A stretch of DNA of 64,000 nt. It comes from Chrysomallon squamiferum (taxonomy: Eukaryota > Animalia > Mollusca). Under the pieces are notes generated by a model. That model did not search any database. It saw only the letters and a program-made list of their open reading frames with translations, and had not been told where the DNA came from. The DNA lies in NCBI GenBank assembly GCA_012295275.1, contig CM022679.1, positions 13,454,001 through 13,518,000 of the forward strand, given 5' to 3'. The translations under genes were made by a program, and so were the position numbers. Shown one piece after another: positions 1 to 14,432 of this stretch (the first letter of the stretch is position 1; each line of letters starts with the position of its first letter).

Positions 1-4
1 ATAT

Positions 5-14
5 GAGAGAGAGA

Positions 15-76
<62 letters not shown>

Positions 77-97
77 CAGGCAGGCAGGCAGGCAGGC
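5..97. repeat. (GA)n followed by (GGCA)n microsatellite
   Basis: Seen directly; similar (GA)n tracts at 1021-1089 and 14287-14368. Confidence 0.95.
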
Positions 98-208
98 ATG
101 TCCAATTTAAAAAGATTAAAATAACACCAAAATCATTTACTTCATTATATATCTTCTGTTATGAATTAAGTTTAATTGTTCCCTTTTTATTTTATTTTTA
201 CCTGTTAG

Positions 209-319
209 ACCTGTAACGCCAACAGAACTAGAAAAACGACGTCATCTGTCATCAGCAAGCAGTGTTGACTTTGATGTATTTGATCCCATTCTTCACTGTC
301 AGGAGATAATATTACCCGA
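209..319 (+). CDS. FNIP: FNIP exon (PVTPTELEKRRHLSSASSVDFDVFDPILHCQEIILP)
   Basis: ttag|...|gtgagt, open frame, phase 2 compatible with next exon. Confidence 0.8.
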
Positions 320-1017
320 GTGAGTGGTCTTTAAACTTGAATCAAGAACCTTCAATATTGTAAAATCTTACACACACCCATGCATACCTGTACTGAGTAG
401 AATACATTTATATATATACCTTTACTGAGTAGAATACATTTATATATATACCTTTATTGAGTAGAATACATTTATCTGTATCCATTTTTTATAAGAATAA
501 TAATTACATAATAATGTATTTTCTGTGAACATAAATGCTGTGAATTATTTGGGTAATTATTTTAAAGCTAATATGCTATAGACAGATCTACACATGTCCA
601 GGTAATTCAACCTAAATAAATAAAGAAGAGAAATAATAGCAGATTACTAAAATCAACACTTACTGAAATAACAGTATCTTAAAGTTTATCTCACTAATTA
701 ATTTTTTGTCACCTTAAATCATGTTAAATGTGTTTTCATTGGTTAACATTTTCCTTTTATTTGACAGAATGACCAATGACAGTTGTGAATGGAGTCCAAG
801 TGTGAGGACTTTTGACAGAAACTTTGGCCGGTCTCTTCTTGCTGGCTTCTCTGATCACTACATGTCTAACTTTGTCCTGCATGGGACGTCTGATGTTGAA
901 TTGTGGCCCAAGTTACTCAGTGATCTTCAGATTTCATCTCAGGTAAATAATATGACAAATTAATCTTCAAAACAGAATTTCCATTACTTTTTGTTATTAT
1001 ATTTATATGACATACAT

Positions 1018-1095
<78 letters not shown>

Positions 1096-3480
1096 TGAAT
1101 GTTTAAGGTGTGTGTGTGCATGCAGTGATTTAACAAGTGATGTACATAGAAATTTTTGTTTTGTTTTTGTGCATTTCACTAATATATTTTATTACCAGAA
1201 AAATATTTTTTATCATGAAACAGTATTCAGCCATGTGTGATTGTTCGTTCATATTTGCAAATTTAGTGAAATCCGTTAAGTCTAATTTTGATAATAAATA
1301 TACAAGACCATCATCTGACTTGGGGGAAAAGATTGGTATTTTTGATATTACATTTATTTTGATTTCATTGGAAGTTATTTTAAAGATAAATAGGACACAC
1401 AGACCAGCTTGTGTTAAACAGGAATGCATAGTTAATGTTTAAATGACTTTTTGTCACTTGAGTCACACTGGGCTCTGATTTATCTTTCAGCATTCGGTTT
1501 TGGATGAACCTATCGCAGAAGCAGTTTGTGTAGTTGCTAATACAGATACATGGTACAGTATTTGTAAAATGTTTTTTAATTAATAACTGATTTTGTAATT
1601 AACATATTTGGAATTTTTTATTACAAATATTTTAGTATAATTATGCAAAAATTTATGTGTTTGGTTATGGATTGTTTGTTTTCATATAGACTATATATAA
1701 AATATATTTTAAATCATACATGAATTTTATTATTATTATTATTTATTTTTTTTTTTGCTGCTAAAATCTGTTTTTTTTCTAATACAAATCACCAAAAAAA
1801 ATTAAAGAATCCACAGAAATGCAGAAATAATTTTCATAGAAAAAAGGAGTATTCTCCTGATGCTAACATTGTCTCTGTTTTGCCTTTAATTCAGTGATTT
1901 TAATCTGAATATTTGTTTTTAAATCAGGACTGTAGATGTTGCTAACAGCAAGCTGCTGGAAAGATCAGCATCAGGGAAAATGTCATGGACAACGTCGCAA
2001 CTTGTCTGCAATCTCGTTGAGTCTGTACTTGATCTCTCCAGACTGAAAATGAGTCCAGAATTTGTGAGTGTCAAAGAAAATGTTACTGTCAGTTTTGATT
2101 GTTAAAATAATTTATAAAAAAATGATAAAACTGTAAATTAAATTGTTAAGTATTTAAAGCAACAAACTAATTATTCAGCTCCTCAGTATCATAATTTCAT
2201 TTAATATGTTAATATGTGTTCATTTCATACAAGTTAATGACTTAATCATTCTTGCAAAAATAGGCATTTAACACCTGTTTGTGAGAAAATATCTACCAGA
2301 AATATACAGAAAACATCATAATGTGATTTGTTTAATAGTTCTATTGTAAGTTTCTTAAATACAGTATGTTCATTTATAAGAACAATATACAACATGTTCT
2401 CTACATTAACTTTCTACACATATTTTGCTTTTATTTCTAAATATAATTCCCTTATGTTTCTCTACATTGTAATGTTACAGTTTATAAGAAAAATCATTGG
2501 CATTGTATCACAAGTTGTTACTGTAAGACACAGTGAACTGTTATTTATTAAACTGTGTTGCTTAAAAGGACTGACATTTAGAATGTCACTTACCAGTTGA
2601 TGAATTTTCAAACCAGATATAATTATGATTTACTCCGTTACACTTACAAAAAGTTATCTACTGTGACTTAATAAGTTAAAAACGTTTCGGTAAGCTGGCT
2701 TGGATTATCTTCCGTGGACAAGTTTAAATAATTAAGAAAATAATAATAATAAAAATATAATAACCATTGTTATTAAATTGTCGAAGTTAAATATTAATTC
2801 ATTTTTTTATTACAAATAAATAAAAACTTTTTTAAATAAATACATTTTGGTCATTAAACTGTTGAGATGAAGTAAAATATTTATACATTTTTATTACAAA
2901 TATTTATTATAAAGAGAAATGATTGTTAGATTGCATGTTTAAATAAAACATGACTGTTTACAAGGGGAATAACTAATTTTTATTCTGTTCGTGCAGTGTT
3001 TAATGCACCTTGAGGATAGACTTCAGGAAATCTTCTTCAAGAGTAAAATGTTAGCAGAGTATTTGAAGAGTTCTAAGTTGAAGAACATGAAAGATCTGAC
3101 AACCATGTTGGGGTAGGTAGCCAGTATATCATTCTGATTAAATAAAAGCACAATTACTATAAACGTAAAGCAATTAATTTATAAAATTTCAAATTGTTTT
3201 ATATGCTAAGTAAATATTTACTATCTGTTCAGTTTTTCTTTGCATAAATTCTAACAACTTAAAATGTTATATATTTATCAAACATTCAGTTCATAAATAT
3301 TGTGGAGTTAGTCATGTTTTATTTACATTTCAAAATGTGTAATACATTTGATATAATTAAAATATCAGTTAATAAATCACTATTTAATATTTATTTTGTA
3401 ACAGATTTGAAGCCAGTGATTTACCATTGCTGTTGGCAGTAGCAGGAACACATTCACCATCACTTGAACATACAGTTTAA
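209..3480 (+). CDS. FNIP: Folliculin-interacting protein (FNIP1/2-like), 3' part of the gene (C-terminal DENN-related region), 7 exons; 5' end lies outside the window
   Basis: GT-AG exons 209-319, 768-942, 1491-1552, 1928-2063, 2997-3112, 3405-3480 join in frame (six resolved here) to give NFGRSLLAG..FVLHG..HSVLDEPIAEAVCVVANTDTWTV..FCLMHLEDRLQEIFFKSKMLAEYL..LGFEASDLPLLLAVAGTHSP, matching the recalled FNIP1/2 C-terminus. Confidence 0.93.
768..942 (+). CDS. FNIP: FNIP exon (..RNFGRSLLAGFSDHYMSNFVLHG..)
   Basis: gacag|...CAG|gtaaat; conserved FNIP motif. Confidence 0.92.
1491..1552 (+). CDS. FNIP: FNIP exon (HSVLDEPIAEAVCVVANTDT)
   Basis: tttcag|...TG|gtacag; conserved FNIP motif. Confidence 0.92.
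1928..2063 (+). CDS. FNIP: FNIP exon (TVDVANSK..SQLVCNLVESVLDLSRLKMSPEF)
   Basis: atcag|...TTT|gtgagt; in frame with neighbours. Confidence 0.9.
2997..3112 (+). CDS. FNIP: FNIP exon (CLMHLEDRLQEIFFKSKMLAEYL..)
   Basis: gtgcag|...GG|gtaggt; conserved FNIP motif. Confidence 0.93.
3405..3480 (+). CDS. FNIP: FNIP last coding exon (FEASDLPLLLAVAGTHSPSLEHTV*)
   Basis: aacag| acceptor, TAA stop at 3478-3480. Confidence 0.92.
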
Positions 3481-6400
3481 AAAAATAAAAAAATGGCTGC
3501 CAATAAAAAAACTACCTTTATCTCTATTTTTTAGAGTCATTATAATTTCAAAATTTCAAAATAAGAAAGCAGACATATTTAAGCTATGAGATTGGATGAT
3601 TATTACAAAACAACAGAAGTTTTAAGTATCCGCGGAATCATGCTACAGTTTATAAATTTCAGATACTCTATATTGGACTGATAGCTGGAACAGAATTGTG
3701 AAATAGTGATTTTAATTCATAGCATAGAAATACAAGATTATTTGTGTTAACCTCAGTAAGTAGAATTTTTAAAGTCGTATGTATTTCAAAAGCCAAATTA
3801 TCAGCTATAATTTTATTCAGAGACATTTAGTTGATTAGAGATGCTTTGTATTATAGGTAATTATGAAAGTAACTTATATTAAATTGAAATGAACTTAATT
3901 TAGTTTATTCTCATCTGCTTATCTTTTATGTAAGTACATTTATTTATATTTTAAATTATTAGTTGTGATATCAGCTCTGTATTGTGCAATACATTAAAAA
4001 ATCATTACTGTTTAAAAACAGATTTTTGTAATAATGTCAATGTCTGCAAAAAAATAATTCCAAATTAGGTACTAATGAATATCTTCATTTATTAAATACT
4101 GAAATCATTAAATGACAGAAAAGTAGTTTCATTGAGTTTTGAGTGGAAAACTTGAAAATATAAATTCTAAACAGTGAACATTTTTTAAAATCATATTATG
4201 TTTTTGGGGGTATTTTTTATACAGATAATAAGAGGGAATAAAAAAATTGGCTGGAAAGTTGACAGCATTATCAGTTTCAAGGACTGGATTATGCAGATTT
4301 TAGAATTCCTTATTACAACGACTTTTATTCATTATAAACAAATCCTTACTGGACCCTCTATTACTAGAACATACAATTTTGGAAAAGAATGACCAACCAG
4401 ATTTTAATTAAATTTCTTGAAATCTTCATATAAGCAAACAAATATATTTTATTGTTTGGCTGTAGCCAAATATTAACTTACACAAGGGGTTTTTTTTTTT
4501 TTTTTTTTTTTAAAGTTTTGATTAAACTAATAGCAAAATAATTTTATTTTATATTGAATTTTGTTTTTTTCTTAGCTGGAATTAAGTAGAATTTTGGATT
4601 TTTTGCAATTTCTTATAGATAAAATTGCTACACATTCAGTAAATATATTAGCATGTTGTTTTTCATTGGCAGTGTGCTTGTTTGATGAACACTGTGAAAA
4701 TAATGTTCATTTATAGTTAATTCTGCCTTGTGTTGTGCCAAATCCGCAAACTGTATGCAACTCAGATTCATTGCTATAAGAACTGTCAGAAACAATGTGC
4801 AATGTGACCATTAAAAAGTTAAATTTAATTTAATTTTATTTCATTTGTTAAAATCATTGCATGTCATGAACTTTTTTCTTTCTTTGTCCTTCATTTCTTT
4901 TATTTCTATGAATTTTTTAATTTGATTTTTAATATTATTATTTTTATTTTATTTATTTGTTCCCATGAAAGAAAGAATTTTTATTTTAAACAGACATTAA
5001 TATTAAATAAATCACCTACAATTTTCAATCCATTACCTGTCTTGTCAAAACATAAAAACCAAATAATAATAATAATAACAAACACATATATGTATAATGA
5101 ACATGTATACATATACAAAATATAAATAAATAAATAAACTGATGAAAAGTTGAACATTGTTTATACATTGTCACTAAAATCTCCATATTAAGTTTTAATA
5201 ATGTTTGTCTTTTTTATTCTTTTTTATTTTCTTTTTTGACATTTCTCTCATTTTGAGAATGTATTTTATGATTTAACTGTCCAGTTTATTTGGCTTATTG
5301 AAAATTTTTCTTTTTAAGTTTGATTTTCTTTTATTTTGTTTTCATAATGTATATAATTTGAATGAATACATATATAAACAAAGTATTTAATTTCAACATA
5401 ATCAAACGTAATGCTTATACTTAGTATAAACATTTGTATCTTCTTTTAAATAATAAAATCTTCAGCAAATAGTCATTTGTTTTCATCCAGAACATACATA
5501 TTTAGTTACTTGTTTTTAAAAAATTATGAAGTGAAAATAAAGATGCTGATTCATTATTGGAAAATCTCCAATTTTTAAGAACCTCATGAAAACACTTTGG
5601 GGCTGAATTTGCATCCAGTTTTCTTATTTTCTTAAATTTAACTATTTATTCTAGAACATAAATCTTTACATGCTTATTAACTATGAAGTAAAATTGCATA
5701 TTGGCTACTGTAAAGGGTATTTCTTTTTACATTTTTTTTTTCTTCTTTTCTGAAAACTACATAATAGCTGCCAACTCTTAAGAATATAGAAATTAAATAA
5801 TTTTATATATTTAAAGCTTTTTTTTGCATTTTAGCATTTTATTTGTTTTCAGTTGTTAATACATTTATGAAAATACATCTAATGAAAGTTGGAAGGATAA
5901 AAATATAATATATAAAGCTAGATTGTATATCTTAAAAATAAATTCAGACAGTTTCTTTCTCCAAGTGTGTCTCAAGATATTGTGATGAAAATGTATTTAT
6001 TAATGTACTTGTCCATTTTACAGAACTTCTCATACTGTGATAATAAAATTTAAAGAATAAAACAACCAGAAGAATGTAAATGTTTTTTGTTGTTTATTGT
6101 CATTTAAAAATAATTCATTTTTTGAACAATTCAATATATACAAACATGTTTGTTTTTTTGGGGAAGAAGAGATTGGTTAATGATCAGGCTGATTTTTGAT
6201 AGAATTTGGTTGTTAAAAAAAATATATATATATATATATAAAAATTACATAATAGTAATGTTTACCTTAATATTACTATCAATGAGTTACAGAAAATGGC
6301 AAACCATTCAGGCTTTATTTATAAAATAAGGCTGTCTGTAATCTTTGTTTTTGTTCTCACGATTTATTTAGTATTTTACCTTAACATTTTTCTTTTTTAC

Positions 6401-6983
6401 TTGGCTGTAGAGGGGATAATTTTACTATTTTTCTGTCAAAGCATCATTTCTGGGATTGTATATTAAATACATAACCATTTTCTGTAGATTCTTCCACTCC
6501 CAAATAGAAAAAAAATAAAATTATCTTTCTGAAGTTGTCAAAAATGTCCACAATGTCATTATTAAAAGTAATCTTATTATATTTGTAACAAATTAATTTA
6601 AAGATCCGTTCCAATTTTCACCCTAAAAATAGTACATTAATGTTCTACCTTTTAACAAAGTTTTGTCGTATAGTATGTAACCAATTTTGCCAGTTTCACA
6701 ACTTAGTAATAAGAGCAACTTACTCCAGTAGGTAGGAAAAAAACCAATAACATTTGCTCCCACTGAATAAACTCAATTGCAAGACCTGTACACATTTATA
6801 TATTCTAATATACTTATACCATTACTTTTCTTTAAACATGATCAGCTTTAATTTAAATATTAATTGAAGTATTAAGCCTCATCACACCTCAAGTCTGTTT
6901 TCAGTCCATTCACAGAGTTCTGAAAGACAACAACACATGCAGGTAAAAAAAAAAATCACAAAATGCACTATTTCACATTACTG

Positions 6984-7249
6984 TTATGAAATAGACACTT
7001 GTTTTGGTTTTTCTTTCTCCAGAACCTGCATTTGTGCCTCAGGAGATCTAAGGGAGAAGACTATGGGGGTGTTTTCAAGGGTTGGGTTCAGAGACTGCAG
7101 GTAGCGTATCCAGGTGACAAGTGAGTCTTTGGAAGAAGTACCAGTGATACACATCCCCAGCACGGTACCATCCTCTTGTTCATGCACGCTCAACACGGGT
7201 GCAAGGTCATGTGATTCTTCTTCCTCAAAAACTGTCCAATTAAAAAGAT
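6984..7249 (-). CDS. ECSIT: ECSIT last coding exon
   Basis: tttcag|ATCTT.. phase 1; HEQEDGTVLGMC..; stop at 6984-6986. Confidence 0.93.
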
Positions 7250-9300
7250 CTGAAACATCACAGTTATAATTTAAAATTTGTCAGTAGTAAAAACAAAAAA
7301 CAAAACAAAACAAAAAACAAAATAAAAGGGAAAAAGAATAAAGAAATGAATATATATATATCTCTAAAACATAAAATTTAGCCATCATAATATTAATATG
7401 ATAAATGCAATTGAGAATTATTCACATTAACAATGTAATGGATTTTTATTTCTAATTTTTTGTGTGTGTGGGGTTTGATTCAAAGAAAACAGACAGACAT
7501 AATTATATTATTAAATGTTTATCTCCATCTCAGTCATTTGCTAATTTGTGCCTTTGTTAATGTGGTCTGTTACAAATTTGGCCCAGTTTTAAGAATAAAG
7601 TACATAACAATCGCTATCAAAACATGTTTTTCAATACATGCCTGTTTCTCTAATAGAATAAAATTGTAATGATTGATTAAGAATCAAAATCATTTTGTTG
7701 AGAAAATATAATCTCGAAGGGAGACCATGTGCATAAATTTTTATCTGGCCTAGGTTACTCACATTAATTTAATGATGTATTAATTAACATCTTACTAATA
7801 CTAGGAATTTACACTGAACTGATATGCGTAAAACATTATTAGAGTTCAGTTCTGAATCATTCATCTTTTGAAAGATGAAAAAAATTTTTTTTTTTTTTTT
7901 TAACACATTAAAAAAAATATTGCTCCTTATTATTTTCTTTAAACTAAAGTTAGAATACAATCCATTATCATGGCACTTAAAATATGTGTTTGTCATAAAA
8001 ATCTTCAATATATCCATAAATTTTATGCACTTGATACGGCTGCATAGATTTTATGCAAAACAATGCTGTTATATATGTACATGTACCTTCATCATTGTCC
8101 TCGTTGTCTTTGACAGGCTTGTGTTTGCTAGGTTCAGGATCAGCTCTTAACACAAAGTACGTGAGATATTTTTCTCTTAACCACACATTATAACCACCTT
8201 CCACAAACAGAGGAGTCTTCTGTGGGTGCTGTTTCAATAGGCTCTTCTGGGTGGGGCTTTGGGCCGATGCTATAAAAGTATCCTCCAGTGGTTCAGTTTC
8301 TACTTCCAATGTCTACAAGAAAATTTATTAAAAAAAAAAAAAAAAAATCAAAATCAACAAAAGTAATTTAAAATCAATGAGACAACATCTGTTGTCTTTT
8401 GATTTTGGAGAAGTAATGCAAGTTATTCATTTTCCATGTTATGTATTACGCAAATGCAGACTGTAATTTGTCTAGATTTTACCAGTTGTTACGAATTAAG
8501 CCCAATATAATAATAGCAGCAGTCTGTGTCCGATATGTTACATAACTTTATTATGCTGGCTGAAATACTTTAAATTGTTTCCATCTGACATATACCGTGT
8601 ATGTTCTTGTTTTATAATATTAAACCAAATATTTATAAGCCAACAGAATTGAAGTTTATAACAATCTGTACTTATGAACAAAAACAGCATGAACTGACAA
8701 AAAATAACATTTATGTTGTTATCTTAAACAATGTTTATGTTATTACATCTTAAATAATGTTAAAGTTATATCTTAATTTTTTCGCTACTACATATTAAAC
8801 AAGGTTTATGTTATATCTTAAATGTTTATTAAATCATAACGTTTATGCTGTTATAACCTTAAATAATATTAACATTGTATCTTAATATTTACATCACTAC
8901 ATCTTAAATAATATTTATGTTATTATATCGTAATTAATGTTTATTAGATCATAATTTTATGCTGTTATAATCTTAAATAATGTTAAAGTTATATCTTAAT
9001 TTTTATGTTACTACATCTTAAATAATGTTTATGTTATATCTTAAACCATAATTTTACACATAATTTTGTACATACCTTCCAAACATTTATTTCATTGTCC
9101 AAATCCACTGCCATTCTCTTCAATGCCAGAATTGCTAACTGTATAGGATCTTCAGGTAACTGCCATGGTACAGGATATGGATTGGCATTCTTGAACTTTG
9201 GAAGCCAATACATCATACGTCTGTATTTTCTGAATGCATGGGCATCAGGCCCAAAAATTGTTCTAAGAATTGTTCCAAACTCATGATCTGGTATCACTCC

Positions 9301-9331
<31 letters not shown>

Positions 9332-12300
9332 GGAAATAAATAAAAATAAATAAATAAATAAATAAATAAACAATTGATTGAGAAAGCAAACAGGTGAATG
9401 AATGATGCATACAATACTATCAACGATCAACTAAATAAATAGAAAAGCTGTAAAAAATTAAAATTAAAAAAATTAAAAAATTCATTATAAATACTATTAT
9501 GTATTTATAGATAAAATGAGTAACAAGAAATATTACTTAATTCTTTATTCCTGTCATTACTTTGCATGTTAACAATAACAATAATAATAATAATAATCAC
9601 ACATATATTACTAATCATAAAGTAAAACTGTTACAAAAACTGATTCATAATGTCAAGGTCCTCCAAGTCAAGCTTATATAATTCATAGGTACAAGCTACT
9701 AATTACTGATGAATATATGAACATTTCTTAAAAAACTTGTGCAACAAAATGTGTCTGGGTAAAGCTTTGACATATCATTTGAACTGACTAGGTAGAATAT
9801 AACATACATTCAGTAATTTATACAATTTTTCTTTGCACCCAGACATTTCAACATATCTGTAACATGTTAAGATTTAACATTTATCATAAGCCAGGCGTTT
9901 GAAGAGCGATTCTATTTTAGGACCTTTTATTCCATGCTATCAATTGCTGACCATGGGTGCAAAGTGCATTTACCCCCACTGCATTTAACACTCTTGTACA
10001 AAGAACTGATTTAACATACAACAAGAACAACAGCACCATTTAAAAGAGCACATAATAATCTTTAGTTCCATGTATTTGTTTTTTTATGGTAGGATTTCTA
10101 GAAGGGATTTGGAAGTGGAGGAAAATGGACAAAATCTGAACTTTTAATGGGTTCGACCAATTATATCGGCTAGGCTGCTGGTACCTAATTTATGAGTTTA
10201 GATTTAATATAAAGATTTCATATTTATTCGTTGTCAAATGTAATTCATTCATTACCAATATTTTACTATTGAAAAGTATGGAACTCAAAAATTCCAAAAT
10301 GGGAAGAATTACATATTTTTAATATTATTATTTTATTGTTTTGAGCCTATGATTGCTCATAACAAAATTTGACTTTAAATAATACATCTGTAAATCACTG
10401 AAAGCATGACACAGTGTGTACACTGCAGCCTGGTAGTTGTATCATATTTGACATTAGAAGAAAATAGAAGAACCAGTCTGCTCTGAGTGCTATAAAGTCA
10501 CAACAACAGAAAAATGGCAGAACATTTATAAACTGTACTCTTTTGTTTGCTGGACTTCACCATCAATAAAAAGTTAATGACTAGAAATAAATAAAACATA
10601 AATCAGGTGTATGAAGACTATATTTAAACTGTGTTTTAATATCACCAATGGTAGATTTTAAAAATTCATTTACTGAACGACTTTACCACTGAAAGTTCCA
10701 AAGAGAGAAAAAGTGAATTATTTTTTAAAATAACCCTCCAGATGAACAAACTAATGTTGGATGCAAATTACCATTGTCTTCCATTTGTTCCATGACATCT
10801 ATTGCACACTGCTGTTGTTTTGGGTAATGCATCATTTCCACCTGCCAGGCACTTCTCGGTATCATCTTTTTCTCTGGGAATATTTCCAGAATCTTTTTAT
10901 ACATGCTGAGATCTCTGTGGACCCCAAATTCTTTCATCCGTGACAAAGACGCGTAAATGAATTCAACATGACCTCTTCTGTACAGGCTCTCTTTTGAAAT
11001 GTACATCTTGATGGCAGTCTGAAATGCAACTTTGTCTGTGGCTCTCATTTTGGCGACTTTGTCAAACATTTCTGTTGAGCGTAAGGTCAAAGTGTTTGGC
11101 TTCTCAATTGTTTTCAAGTCTCGTTTGTTCTTGCAGCTGCTCGTGTGAAAATGTCTGAGAGTTCTATGAGTCTGTGACATTCTCTCACTGTGACATAACA
11201 GCTGAAAGATTCTTCTCACTGGCAACTTGAAGGCTGACATGATTTCATTTATCTGAAAAGAAAAGGCAAATAAATGTTTATAAATGCCTCTTTATACTAT
11301 ATTTTTTTTCTTATTTTTTTTTTCTCTATCAAATAAAAATCTGGCAAATCACTTCTCCATCTTCTATTTTTTGTTTCGATGGTTAATTTTTCAAAAATGG
11401 TTTTAAAGTTTTAAAGTAAAGATTAGTCTTCAACATAAACAAAAAGATGAAGGAAATTTGATCACAAATTTTTTTCCTAACACTTTATCAGCTTATGGAT
11501 AATATTAATATTTATTGGTGATAATATAAACAAATACCCATTTCATCCCTATACATCCCTATCCATTACTTTACCTGTCAGAAAGTTCAATGATTTAATA
11601 TTTTCTTGTATAAACCTCATTTTATATCACTGACATTTGGACTCTCAAAAATGAATCAAAACTTTCATAAACAATCACATATTACGTGACATAATTAAAG
11701 TTTAATAATATTGTGCTTTCTGACTCATTTATTTATTTATTATTATTTTTCATTTTATAGTTATTTTTTTTAAAATCTGCCTCTCTCTGCTATTGTCAAG
11801 ACCATACATTATATGTGTGTGTGGGTGTGTGTGTGTTCTTGTTCCCAGCATCATTTAAGTATTTGTGTGTAATTATAATTATGTGATTAGCTAAAATTTA
11901 ATATTTATGTATGCTGACCAGTGACTGTAGAATATACTGGATAATGGTTTATAACTAAATATCACCCTAAGCTTTACAGTCTTACATTTTCAGTTTTGTT
12001 TCTGAATACAGAAAAGAAAGATAATTGTATTAATATTACGTCGATTTCTCTTTCCTATGTTTGCTATTAATAATATAAAATAAATCAAATTGCACAAGCT
12101 GTGCAAACAAAGTGCAGATTTCGTATTTTCACAAACACAGTAGGTGAGTTAACAATGGGTTGGGTCGAAGTGACTTATTACTGACACGAATGGACTGGAT
12201 TGACGCAAAGTGCAGGATGTATCAACCTGAATTAATAAAATTACAAAGTTACAAAGTCGCTGGCGTTAATTCTCACACAATTCATAACTTTATATTAGGT

Positions 12301-12829
12301 ACTACATTTTTTATTTCGTTATTAACTTATTATTATTATTATTATAAAAAGCTGAATAATATATAATTACATTAAAATTTTTATCAACAAACTCTTAAAC
12401 TCGTGTTAAATTGAACTACTATTTATTCGTTATCAATACAAAAATCAGAATCGGTGTCATTGATTTATTAATGTCGATAACACAGACATTCAGGGGAAGA
12501 GTCTACTCTATCAGTCTATGTACAAAAATACTAAATAGGCACATTATCTAATTTTTAATAACCATGTATTCTGAATAAACTTACTTTTATAACATTTATT
12601 TTCTTTAAGCGTAATGAAAGCCAGAATATACTAAAAACATAATATGAATCGCTTTTCTTATTTGAATAATAATATGAAAAGAGAAAAAAAAAACAAATAA
12701 CCAGATACCAGTTATTTGATTTTTTTTTTTTATCCAAGGGAGATAATTTGTGTTTTATAGTAGAATCCTAATATTGCTGAACCCTTTAAACAAAATTAAT
12801 ATTCTCGTATTTTCTTGTTTTATTTATTA

Positions 12830-12878
<49 letters not shown>

Positions 12879-13171
12879 GCTATAGTAATTTTGTATATAT
12901 ATTAGATATAAAATATTATTCCTAGCATCATGCAGAGAGAATAGTTATTGTTGAAGCAGTTACTCAGTAAGCTGAGTAACATCAACAACAAAAATAATAA
13001 ACTGAAAGTTACTACAAGTGTATTTTTAGCATGTAATTAATAAAAGTAATTTTCAGCAGTGTCGATATGCATTTATTTACATTCTACTATCGTTTGTGAC
13101 ATCTGTTATTGAAAATCACAAATTATGCTGACATAAAAGAATTTAGCAAATTTAATTTTACTTACCGACAT
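6984..13171 (-). CDS. ECSIT: ECSIT (evolutionarily conserved signalling intermediate in Toll pathway; mitochondrial complex I assembly factor)
   Basis: Exons 13166-13171 (tentative), 10772-11252, 9076-9299, 8087-8312, 6984-7249 join in frame; motifs RRGHVEFIYASL..MKEFGVHRDL..HYPKQQQCAIDVMEQMEDNGVIPD..RMMYWLPKFKNANPYPVP..FVEGGYNVWLR..YFVLRADP..HEQEDGTVLGMCITGTSSKDSLVTWIRYLQ..NPTL..PIVF are ECSIT hallmarks; basic N-terminus resembles a mitochondrial transit peptide. Confidence 0.95.
8087..8312 (-). CDS. ECSIT: ECSIT exon
   Basis: ttgtag|ACATTG...GAAG|gtacat; FVEGGYNVWLREKYLTYFVLRADP. Confidence 0.93.
8700..9045. repeat. AT-rich degenerate minisatellite in an ECSIT intron
   Basis: Recurring aatgtttatgttatatcttaaa-type units; reverse-complement relative at about 15290-15425. 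Confidence 0.75.
9076..9299 (-). CDS. ECSIT: ECSIT exon
   Basis: tttag|GAGTG...AAG|gtatgt; RMMYWLPKFKNANPYPVP. Confidence 0.93.
10772..11252 (-). CDS. ECSIT: ECSIT exon (in-frame ATG at 11240)
   Basis: tttcag|ATAAAT...AATG|gtaatt; RRGHVEFIY..HYPKQQQCAI. Confidence 0.93.
13166..13171 (-). CDS. ECSIT: Probable ECSIT first exon, coding part only (ATG TCG)
   Basis: aacATGTCG|gtaagt strong donor; in frame with exon starting 11252. Confidence 0.55.
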
Positions 13172-13567
13172 GTTGGAAATGAATCAGCTTTCTTTTATAT
13201 GACGAAATATTCTTATTGAAATTCACTTCGTTCTTGGCTTGTTTAGGGATTTTTTTTTAACAAAAATTTTTAAGGACAAGTATTTTCTTTCATAAATCCA
13301 TGTTTTCAACTTTTTGAGAGGACATGTTTTCAATATTATTTATGACTTTATATTTACTGTCAAATATTTTCACTGAATTTTTATTTGGAAATAAATGGCA
13401 TGGCATGGTATGTTATGGTATATTATTGTATAGTAAAGTATAGCATAGTGTATCATAGCATAGCTTAATTTAATGTTATGGTATCTGTATTTTATAGCAT
13501 AATATATAGTGCAGTATAGATTATCAGCTTTACGTCTTTCGGCTGTTAATAACATTTGACACTTATA

Positions 13568-13598
<31 letters not shown>

Positions 13599-13913
13599 CG
13601 CGTACGTGCGTGCGTGTTTATGGAAAATTAATTTATGAAGGAAAGATCTATAAACGGAATTTTAAAGAATATATTCCGATCTCACAGGGTTCTTTGCTGT
13701 TCGTAAAGGCATTTATCAAGTTAACTGATACCTTCTAGGTGCATGGTTGTATTAGCTATTTCGTATTGGATATCTAAATGTTCGAAATAGTCCTTGATTT
13801 AAAATACAAGGTATAACTCATATTACGAGTTCATCGATACTGACGTAAAGATTATTGCAAACCGCGAAAATCCAGCGCGGTTTCTTATTAATTAACGGAT
13901 TCTGTCAGGAAAG

Positions 13914-13944
<31 letters not shown>

Positions 13945-14283
13945 TAATTAATAATAATAAAAAAACTTAAAAAAAAAAAAAATAAAAAAAAAAAAAAAAA
14001 AAAAATTATCTTGAGATGTTTATTAATTCACATAATAAAATTAATTTAGAAATTTTACCTTGCGTTTTTTAAGTTTTAACACCTAGTCTTATGTTTTATT
14101 CGATGTACTTAAACACGTAATTGAATTGCCCTACAAGGGATATACGTCCCGTAATTACAAAGGTCAAATTGATCATAAACGTGAAAGCAAAGGAAGTGAA
14201 AGGTATCTAACATTCTTTTTACGCATTATACAGCATACGACATAACGGTTAATAACCAATCAGATAACCTGCAACTTGAATGA

Positions 14284-14370
<87 letters not shown>

Positions 14371-14432
14371 AAACGATGACATCAGTCCTACTTTATCTCT
14401 CTCTAATTAATTATGACTTCTGCTTTTATCGT

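Noticed and set aside
12959-12980. Short hairpins such as gttactcag-taag-ctgagtaac (also 42538-42557)
   Set aside because: 9-bp stems are expected by chance in 64 kb of AT-rich DNA
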